Translations under genes and position numbers: made by a program | In this document: positions 57,008 to 64,000 of the stretch, piece after piece | Numbering within the stretch: position 1 is the stretch's first letter | How the letters are laid out: the number at the start of each line of letters is the position of its first letter | The notes under the pieces: model-generated | Told to the model about the DNA's origin: nothing | What the model saw: the letters and a program-made list of their open reading frames with translations, nothing else | Databases searched by the model: none | Source: Flavobacteriaceae bacterium | Lineage (GTDB): Bacteria; Bacteroidota; Bacteroidia; Flavobacteriales; Flavobacteriaceae | Reading direction: 5' to 3' | Assembly: GCA_965277255.1 (NCBI GenBank) | Contig: CBDICL010000005.1 | Span: 28,963-92,962 of the forward strand | DNA length: 64,000 bases

Positions 57008-57847
57008 TTATTTTAGTTTTTTCTCTATTGATCTAAAAACTTCTGTGCCTTCATCTGTTTTAAAGAAAGCTGCCATAGCTGAGTATGGATTTTCATCAAA
57101 CGGAACAGTCATTAGTTTGCGATCATTTGCACCCCACATAAATGTTCTTTGATCCTGAGATATTTTTATGATTCCTTCTTCAGTAGCTCTAATTGCTACA
57201 TTACGAAGTTGAACGTTATCATCACTAGCTAATTCCATAAATAAACTAGGATTACGTTTTGCGAATAATAATAAATCTCTTTTTATTTCTTTAGAACCCA
57301 TTGTAGATACAGTAGAACCAATTTCAACTCTTAAAATAGCTTCTGCTTGATCTATATCCATATTCTTAGCTGCATTTAATGCATCAAGTTGTAATTCTAA
57401 ATCAGTTAATTCATCTGCAGCCTCTAAAACAGCATCAAATTCTTCAAATACTTTACCTTTTTTAGGATGAAATATTGATAATAATTTTTGTAAATTTTGT
57501 TTTTCTTTAGGTACTGTTAGTGTACCGTTTTGAAAAATAATGTGACCTAAAGTAGCCTCACCTTTTTGTTCGCTAACAAATACAGAATTTTGATTTGTTG
57601 CGTATCTTATTTCTTTTTGTTCCCCTAAAGTAGCATCAAACCATAATAATGGAAACCTACTGGTATGTTTAGAAGCTAATGTATACGTTAATGGGCTATG
57701 AGCTCCAGTTAAATAATAACTTCTATCTTTTATTTCCCATTCCGGTTTAGCGGGAGTTTTAACTTTTTTTTCTATTACTGTTGTGTTAACAGTTTCTTCT
57801 TGTTGTGGGATGTCAATAACATCATCCACGATTTTCTTTTTTGCCAT
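57008..57847 (-). CDS. Conserved capsid-associated protein downstream of the major capsid gene
   Basis: 279 aa; IRYATNQNSVF..EQ...HIIFQNGTL.VP...LQKLL..HP. Confidence 0.6.
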   Translation of the reverse strand: MAKKKIVDDVIDIPQQEETVNTTVIEKKVKTPAKPEWEIKDRSYYLTGAHSPLTYTLASKHTSRFPLLWFDATLGEQKEIRYATNQNSVFVSEQKGEATLGHIIFQNGTLTVPKEKQNLQKLLSIFHPKKGKVFEEFDAVLEAADELTDLELQLDALNAAKNMDIDQAEAILRVEIGSTVSTMGSKEIKRDLLLFAKRNPSLFMELASDDNVQLRNVAIRATEEGIIKISQDQRTFMWGANDRKLMTVPFDENPYSAMAAFFKTDEGTEVFRSIEKKLK

Positions 57848-57870
57848 GATATAATATAATTAAATAATTT

Positions 57871-57910
57871 AAAAAAAGGTTAGCCGGAGAAGTTAATCCC
57901 CGGCATTACC
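57871..57910 (-). terminator. Rho-independent terminator after the major capsid gene
   Basis: Minus strand GCCGGGGA-TTAACT-TCTCCGGC...CC followed by T7. Confidence 0.8.
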
Positions 57911-57924
57911 TTTATAGTAATTGA

Positions 57925-59370
57925 TTATGCAGAAGCAGTAAACAATACAAAGTTGTTAGCTGCTTGTACAACTAAACATCTTTCAGAAAGGAAGTGAACT
58001 TCCATTGCATCAAGATCAGAAGTATAAGCTCCACCAACAGAACCAGTTAACCAAGATTTCATTCTACGATCATCAGCTTGTGAAGCTCTATAACGTACGT
58101 GTAAGAATGGTCTACGGATATTAGTTCCAAGAATTTGATCGTATACAGTTGAAGTACCAGCAGGTACAAGTACACCATCAATACCAGATCCTACTTCACC
58201 AGCGCCATTAGTAGCACCACGAGTAGAAGCATCGTTTAAGTATTTCCAGTCAGTCTTATAGAAATCATAAGATCCTCTACGGAAACCAGTGAATCCAAGA
58301 TTCAATGCCATTTCTTCAGAGTTTTCAAATAATCCATAAGCAGTTCCACCGTTTGCTCCAGCAGAAAGACCAGCTAACATATCATCAAAATCAAGAGACG
58401 TTTGGCGATTTAAGAAAAGCATGTTTTCTTCAATAGCTCCTTGAGTATCTAAATTTTTAAGAATGTTATCAAAAGATCCAAGACCACCAACAGCAGTAAA
58501 GTTATTAATAACGTTACCTCTTGCTTGAATAGCAGCAAAAAGACCTTCAGTTCCTTTATAGCCATCAGCTCCTAATGTAGATGTTCCAGAAACTAATTCT
58601 CCTTCAACTACAGACATTTCAAGATAATCTTCAAAACGTAAACGAGTTTCAGATTCAGCTTTTAAATACCATAAATATCCAGATGCTCCAGCTTCAGTAG
58701 CAACTTCAACCCATCCGATTTGAGCAGTATCAGATCCAGAGATAGAATACTTTTCTTTAATAATGATAGGTGAATTACTATACTGAGTAAAAGAAGGAGT
58801 TACCGATTTAATATCAGAATCAGTTGTTCCTTTTTTGTATTCAGAACCATATACAAAGATTTTAAGTGCTCCTGCTGTTGCAGAAAGAGCAGTCATATCA
58901 GCCGCTGTATAAGGTTTAACTGTAATAGTAGCTAGAGTAGCAGAAGTGTTTACACTATCTGTTACAAAAACTTTAAGATCTTGCCCAGTTGCAGGATCAA
59001 CTACTACTAATGTTTGATTTTTAGAAATAACGTTAGCTACAAAACTAGGTCCAGCTGTTGCGTTTAATGCAAAAGTTAAAGTAGTTTCAGTTGCTTTAGT
59101 TACATCGTTGTATGCAATATGCAATCTATTTTGTTCTGACCATACTACTTGATCAGAAGTCATTGGCATTTCAGCACCGACCATACGTAAGAATCCAGAA
59201 AGTGTACGGTTTCCGTAACGCTCTACTTCTGCTTCATAAATCTCAGGAAGATACTGTTGTGCGAAATCATTGGTTCCATTTGTGAAATCCAAATAGTTAC
59301 TCTCAAGAAGTTGTTGCTTCTGTGAGGGTTTAATTGACCCATACTCGGGTGCTACAGGTACTACTGCCAT
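57925..59370 (-). CDS. Major capsid protein (HK97-fold, crAss-like/flavobacterial phage type)
   Basis: 481 aa; QQYLPEIYEAEVERYGNRT...VVWSEQNRLH...WYLKAESETRLRFEDYLEM...GFTGFRRGSYDFYK; after scaffold and portal; strongly biased codons. Confidence 0.85.
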   Translation of the reverse strand: MAVVPVAPEYGSIKPSQKQQLLESNYLDFTNGTNDFAQQYLPEIYEAEVERYGNRTLSGFLRMVGAEMPMTSDQVVWSEQNRLHIAYNDVTKATETTLTFALNATAGPSFVANVISKNQTLVVVDPATGQDLKVFVTDSVNTSATLATITVKPYTAADMTALSATAGALKIFVYGSEYKKGTTDSDIKSVTPSFTQYSNSPIIIKEKYSISGSDTAQIGWVEVATEAGASGYLWYLKAESETRLRFEDYLEMSVVEGELVSGTSTLGADGYKGTEGLFAAIQARGNVINNFTAVGGLGSFDNILKNLDTQGAIEENMLFLNRQTSLDFDDMLAGLSAGANGGTAYGLFENSEEMALNLGFTGFRRGSYDFYKTDWKYLNDASTRGATNGAGEVGSGIDGVLVPAGTSTVYDQILGTNIRRPFLHVRYRASQADDRRMKSWLTGSVGGAYTSDLDAMEVHFLSERCLVVQAANNFVLFTASA

Positions 59371-59381
59371 AATTGTAAATT

Positions 59382-60560
59382 TTAATTGTTAAATTTTTTT
59401 GTTTTTACTTTTAGTTTCGAAGAATCAGCACCGCTTATAGCTCTAACTTTTAAACCTTGTATGTAGACATCACCTGGTGATTGTCTAGGTGTAGCATCAA
59501 TGTTTTTGGAGCTATTTACAACTTCCTTAACAGCGTCTGCTTTACCTTGTTCATAAAAATGGTTTGCAATTTTGTCCACATTTTCAGCGGCATACATAGC
59601 TTTATGATAACCTTTAGTGTCAACAACATCTCCTTTATCATTCAAGAACTTCTTGATTAGATTGTTTATATTTGACTGGTTTTCAGCAACTTGATTAGTG
59701 TTTTGAACATTGTATCTAAATTTCTTTTCTCCAATAGCGAAATCAAAACCTTTGAAATCATTGTTAAAAAGTTCTTTAGTATTGTTTTTAAAACTTTCAT
59801 GTTGTTGTTGAGCTACGTTCTGCTCTTCATTATATCGATTAAAAAACTCCATCGCTTTTTGTTGTTCTTGGGTAGTACCAGGTCTCAACTTGATTTCCTC
59901 GTAATATTTACCTTTAAGATCTTCTAAATGCGTTTTTGCTTTTGCAACCTCTTCTTTAAAAGCGAGTTTTTTCTTTCTGATGTCTCGCTCATCATCAATA
60001 TCTTCATCCCAGCTAAAAGCATCTTCTATTAAAAAGGAAACTTCTTCTGCATCTAAATGAGGCCGGGTTGTTTTATAATATTCTTTTAATAATGCAGTGT
60101 TATCTATGTTTGAATAATCAGCATTAAGGCGAACATAATCTTCTACGCTTCCACCTGTTTCTTCCATAAATGAAACAAGTTTTTCAATATTTTCAGGTAA
60201 TTGTTTTCCAGTAGTTTCTTTGTTTTCAATTGCTTCATTAACTTCTTCAGTTAACTTAGTCGCTTCTTCAACAACTTCTTCTTCTGTAATTTCCTGAATT
60301 ACTGTTACTTCTTCTTCATTAACCTCTTCGGCAACGACTGTGGGCTCTTCGTTTCCTTCGACCACTTCTTGCAATCCCACTTCGGGTTGTTCTGTGCGTA
60401 ACACGCTTTCATCTGTGCTTTGCTCTTGAATGGCATCTTCTTCTTCTTTTTTAGGGGTTAAATCAACTTTAATAAGATCAGCATTCTGTGCTAATTTTTT
60501 TATTGAAGGTTTTTTCTTTTGTATTTTAAAATCCCCTTCTTGTTTTACTTGTTCTGACAT
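59382..60560 (-). CDS. Scaffolding protein (putative)
   Basis: Highly acidic coiled-coil protein between portal and major capsid genes. Confidence 0.65.
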   Translation of the reverse strand: MSEQVKQEGDFKIQKKKPSIKKLAQNADLIKVDLTPKKEEEDAIQEQSTDESVLRTEQPEVGLQEVVEGNEEPTVVAEEVNEEEVTVIQEITEEEVVEEATKLTEEVNEAIENKETTGKQLPENIEKLVSFMEETGGSVEDYVRLNADYSNIDNTALLKEYYKTTRPHLDAEEVSFLIEDAFSWDEDIDDERDIRKKKLAFKEEVAKAKTHLEDLKGKYYEEIKLRPGTTQEQQKAMEFFNRYNEEQNVAQQQHESFKNNTKELFNNDFKGFDFAIGEKKFRYNVQNTNQVAENQSNINNLIKKFLNDKGDVVDTKGYHKAMYAAENVDKIANHFYEQGKADAVKEVVNSSKNIDATPRQSPGDVYIQGLKVRAISGADSSKLKVKTKKFNN

Positions 60561-60591
60561 GATATAATAATATAAAATTGGTTAATAAATG

Positions 60592-63003
60592 TTACCTAGG
60601 CGTAAATTGTTCTAGGCCAAATCCACCCAGGCTGTCGTTACCGGATGATTCAAAGTTCTTAGGTAATAAATCATTTTGTCTTTGATCTATTAATTCAGAC
60701 TGTTGAGTTCCTTGTATACGAACTCTTTTATCTTTTCTGTCTTCAATCTGTCTTTCTTTTTGTGTATCAGCTTGAGCTTTAATTTGAGCTAACTGCATTT
60801 GATAATTAAATTCTTCTGCCATTAGTTCACGTTTAATTTGAGCTTCAGTTTGTAATCTTTGAATTTCAAATTGTGATTTAGCTTGCTCAATACTTACTTT
60901 TTCTTGAGTTAAAGCTTGTTGTTTTTGTACTTCTGATAACGCAGCAGCTTCTGAGGCTTGAGCATTTGCTTGTGCTTGTGCTTGAATATTAGCAATCTGC
61001 TGTGCCTCTGCTGCTTCTTGTTTTTTCTTTCTTTTAAACTTAAGTAATTGATTAGCTAATTTTAAGTTTTTAATCTCTCTAATATCTATTGCATCTTCAA
61101 GATCAATACCACCAGATTGTAAAGCTACTTGTATGTTTTGTTCAAGCTGTGCTTTTTCTTCATCATCAGGTTCTAACTCTAAATAAATACCAAAATCATG
61201 TAAATTAAGGTTTGAAATTTCTTCTAATGTTTTAACATTAAATGTTGAAATACTATTTTTTAAAGCGTTAGCTGTAAGTGGAAAGCTTAAAGCATCTGCA
61301 ATTCTTAAAGAAATATTTTCACATACTCTTAAATATATATACATTCCACCTTGTAATATATGTCTTGTAGCAACATTAGATGCATTAGCAGCCATTTTTT
61401 GCAGACCAACTAAAGCATTTTTGTCTGGATTACTTCCATCTACTGCTTCATTAAGGCCAGTTACGTCACGTATCATTTGTAAATAATACTGATATGTATT
61501 TATTAAAGAAGTTATTTTGCCTTGACCAGATGAAGTTGCTAATTCTTGTACAGGTATTTTACCTCTATTTAAATCACCGTCTTGAGTTAATGATCTACCA
61601 ACAATACTACCCGTTTGAAAATACATATTCAATGCTTCAGCAGGATTATAATTAGTTCCATTACCAAGATCTACTTCCGCTAATCCATCCATATCTAAGA
61701 ATACACCATCAGGAACTATTCTTGACATGACTTGCTGTAATTTTAAATGAGTTAATTGAATCATATCAGCAAAACTTGTAACTCTGCTAACTATTGACTC
61801 AATTTTACCTTTATACATTCTTGGTGCAGCAATTGTATAATTCATTTTAACTTTAGTAGTATCAGCATAAGGTCTAGTCATATGCTCAGCTAATCTCCAG
61901 TCCAGCATTGTATTAGTTCCTAATACTTTAGCACCAGAATATAAAACTTCTATACTTCTTGACACTCTTTTAAAGTTGTCATTTTCCGGCGGATTAAATT
62001 CATCTGTTTTTTGAATAACTTTTTCTAATCCACTTTCAGTTTGTTTTATTTTAAATACTTGATTATTATATGTCTTGTATTCAAAGTAAAGTACTTGAAC
62101 AGTATTACTATCATAATTTCCCCAACCAGTAACATATTGGCTGTTGCCAGGCATGTTTTGAATATTTTTTAATTCTTCTTCAGATATATTAGGAAATTCT
62201 TTTTTTAATTCTGGAATTGTTATTGCTTTAATTTCCCCAGCATAATAAATATCTTCAAAATTAGGATCTTCTGTATATGAATAAACTAAATAGGATGGAT
62301 CTACATAATCAACAGTAATACCGTTGCTTTTATTAAAGCTTGTTTTTGCTGCCCCAATACCAATAACAGTTAAATCGTAATTTACTCTTCTTTTAATTGA
62401 TTCGTATTTATTAAAATCAAGTACATTATTAATAGCTTCTTCTTCCGCTATTTCAATAGCCTCCTTATAACTAGTTTGTAACATTATTTCTAGTTCTTCT
62501 GGTGTTTCTGGCAATTGATCTGCGGGTATAGATGAATTAGAAAAATCTTCTCCTAATATTTGATTACCAATTTGCTGAAGTTCTTGTGTATACATGTCAC
62601 GTAATACAGCTTTAGCATAATTTGTTTTTTTCTCAATAGACGCTGGGTCTTGAGCATATGCTTTTATTTCAACTTCTTTTTCTGATATACCATTTACTAA
62701 AATATCTACAAATTTTGGTATTACAGGAACTGGTTTCCAATCTAAATTAAGATAAGATAAATCACCATTAATAGATAATTCATCTTTATATTTTTGTATT
62801 GATTGTTCACCTCTTGCATATAATCTTAATGAATGAAAATTATTCCAATTAGTTAAATATCTATTACCGCTAGTTCTACCTTGATCAAACCATTCTTGTT
62901 CTATAGCGTGTGCTACTTGAGTACCATATTCTAAACTAGATTTTTCAGCATCGCTAACTACTTGGCTAGGAAAAGAACTATTAGTATTTGTTTGTATATT
63001 CAT
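60592..63003 (-). CDS. Portal protein
   Basis: 803 aa directly after terL; LNLDWKPVPVIPKFVDILVNG...YQYYLQMIRDVTGLNEA.DGS.P..LVG.QK.A; Q-rich crown. Confidence 0.88.
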   Translation of the reverse strand: MNIQTNTNSSFPSQVVSDAEKSSLEYGTQVAHAIEQEWFDQGRTSGNRYLTNWNNFHSLRLYARGEQSIQKYKDELSINGDLSYLNLDWKPVPVIPKFVDILVNGISEKEVEIKAYAQDPASIEKKTNYAKAVLRDMYTQELQQIGNQILGEDFSNSSIPADQLPETPEELEIMLQTSYKEAIEIAEEEAINNVLDFNKYESIKRRVNYDLTVIGIGAAKTSFNKSNGITVDYVDPSYLVYSYTEDPNFEDIYYAGEIKAITIPELKKEFPNISEEELKNIQNMPGNSQYVTGWGNYDSNTVQVLYFEYKTYNNQVFKIKQTESGLEKVIQKTDEFNPPENDNFKRVSRSIEVLYSGAKVLGTNTMLDWRLAEHMTRPYADTTKVKMNYTIAAPRMYKGKIESIVSRVTSFADMIQLTHLKLQQVMSRIVPDGVFLDMDGLAEVDLGNGTNYNPAEALNMYFQTGSIVGRSLTQDGDLNRGKIPVQELATSSGQGKITSLINTYQYYLQMIRDVTGLNEAVDGSNPDKNALVGLQKMAANASNVATRHILQGGMYIYLRVCENISLRIADALSFPLTANALKNSISTFNVKTLEEISNLNLHDFGIYLELEPDDEEKAQLEQNIQVALQSGGIDLEDAIDIREIKNLKLANQLLKFKRKKKQEAAEAQQIANIQAQAQANAQASEAAALSEVQKQQALTQEKVSIEQAKSQFEIQRLQTEAQIKRELMAEEFNYQMQLAQIKAQADTQKERQIEDRKDKRVRIQGTQQSELIDQRQNDLLPKNFESSGNDSLGGFGLEQFTPR

Positions 63004-64000
63004 TTAAAGTATAATTTTTGAGGTACCACCATCATTATTGTATTTTTTAAAACCTAAATTAAAACTTGGTCTTATTGTCTTATTAATAGGTGCATACCTA
63101 TTTTTATTACAAGCCATTATAGCAAGACCGGAGCTAATAGAAGCATCATGAGCAGTTCTTTTGTTTATATTAAATCTAGCCCAATCGTTTAATGTTCTTT
63201 GAAAATACATATCTCCATAGCCTTCACCTAAAAATCCTACATAAGTTTCAATGTACGATTCAATTGCTGCTGCGTGAGCTTGTTTTATATCTTCACTAGA
63301 GTTTGGTATTCCACCTATTTCTTTTTCAGTTACAGATAATTTATTCCAAATTTTATCCGGTCTATTCATTGAAAACCCTCTGTAACCTCTTCTTTTTAAA
63401 TAATATAATAGTCTTGGTTTGTTATTCTCTGCTAATATTGGCATTCCATAAAATACCAAAGCCATTAAAACATCTTCAAAAAATATTTCAGCAGTTTGTG
63501 GTCGGGCAATGTATTCTAAAAAGAAATGGTTTGGCGGAACATCTTCCATTGAAAATTTAGTTAAACCATGTAGAGATCCGTTAGACGCTCTTGTATCAAC
63601 TGTACCCGATATATCATAACTATCACAGCCAAATGCTCCTAGGTCTTCATTGCCAGGATGTTTCAATCCATTCTTTATTATCACTCGGTTTTGAAGGTTT
63701 TTATTAGGAACCCAAGAAACTTTAAATCTACCTGTTTTATTTGGTACAAATATTACCCTTGTATCTTTTAATCCATTCTCCCATTGAAAACTTCCTGTAG
63801 TAACTACAGATGTGTTTCTTAAATCTTCGTTATAATCTACTTGCTCATATATTTTTGCTAGATTAAATAAAGATTGTTTTGTTTCATCCCTAAAAGCATG
63901 CTGCTCTGTTCTGGGAAATTGACGATAAAATTCATTTAAACCGTCTTGATCACTTTTTAATCCTTCAACTTCGTTGTCCCAGTGCTCAATAACTCCAATG
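63004..64000 (-). CDS. terL: Terminase large subunit, copy B (C-terminal 331 aa; 5' part beyond the right edge)
   Basis: Frame open to the edge: IGVIEHWDNEVEG...GAFGCDSYDISG...ENNKPRLLYY...SSGLAIMAC; precedes the portal. Confidence 0.93.
   Translation of the reverse strand, partial: IGVIEHWDNEVEGLKSDQDGLNEFYRQFPRTEQHAFRDETKQSLFNLAKIYEQVDYNEDLRNTSVVTTGSFQWENGLKDTRVIFVPNKTGRFKVSWVPNKNLQNRVIIKNGLKHPGNEDLGAFGCDSYDISGTVDTRASNGSLHGLTKFSMEDVPPNHFFLEYIARPQTAEIFFEDVLMALVFYGMPILAENNKPRLLYYLKRRGYRGFSMNRPDKIWNKLSVTEKEIGGIPNSSEDIKQAHAAAIESYIETYVGFLGEGYGDMYFQRTLNDWARFNINKRTAHDASISSGLAIMACNKNRYAPINKTIRPSFNLGFKKYNNDGGTSKIIL

Noticed and set aside
426-63560. Many short opposite-strand ORFs in the track (e.g. 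426..734+, 9009..9428+, 13507..13992+, 19783..20226+, 21234..21680+, 52088..52513+)
   Set aside because: They are antisense shadows of well-supported genes and have no motifs of their own.
1-64000. Prophage or integrated element
   Set aside because: No integrase, CI-type repressor, att-like duplication or flanking host genes.

Overview
The window is about one genome length of a lytic, AT-rich tailed phage with a crAss-like or flavobacterial podovirus-type head and tail module. The host is probably Bacteroidota; this is inferred from a perfect TTTG-N19-TAnnTTTG promoter and A-rich leaders without Shine-Dalgarno sites. Layout: (1) a minus-strand late arm at 1-21.8 kb with TerL, a tandem GroES-like protein, two fibre/Gly-rich cassettes, lysis genes, GroES/GroEL and basic proteins; (2) a divergent control region at 21.8-22.3 kb; (3) a plus-strand early and replication arm at 22.3-39.3 kb with many tiny ORFs, an Ocr-like acidic protein, a DnaA domain IV protein, an HTH protein, sigma factor, ERF, exonuclease, SSB, primase-helicase, ThyA, MazG, endonuclease and NrdAB, but no DNA polymerase or integrase; (4) a minus-strand structural arm at 39.3-64 kb with ejection proteins, tail, major capsid, scaffold, portal and TerL. 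Main signals: the two window ends carry colinear but only ~77% identical TerL copies 63,101 bp apart, suggesting a hybrid or chimeric sequence; a fixed-spacing 34-nt element occurs 7 times among the early ORFs; a 12-bp dyad occurs 3 times, once over the start codon of the HTH gene; 21-44 nt near-identical DNA junctions recur within and between the two fibre genes; a tandem structured-RNA candidate sits at 25.44-25.60 kb; the 2025-aa virion protein has a sigma-region-2-like segment; and the M15 endolysin is broken by a frameshifting deletion. All protein calls come from motif recognition by eye; no database search was run.
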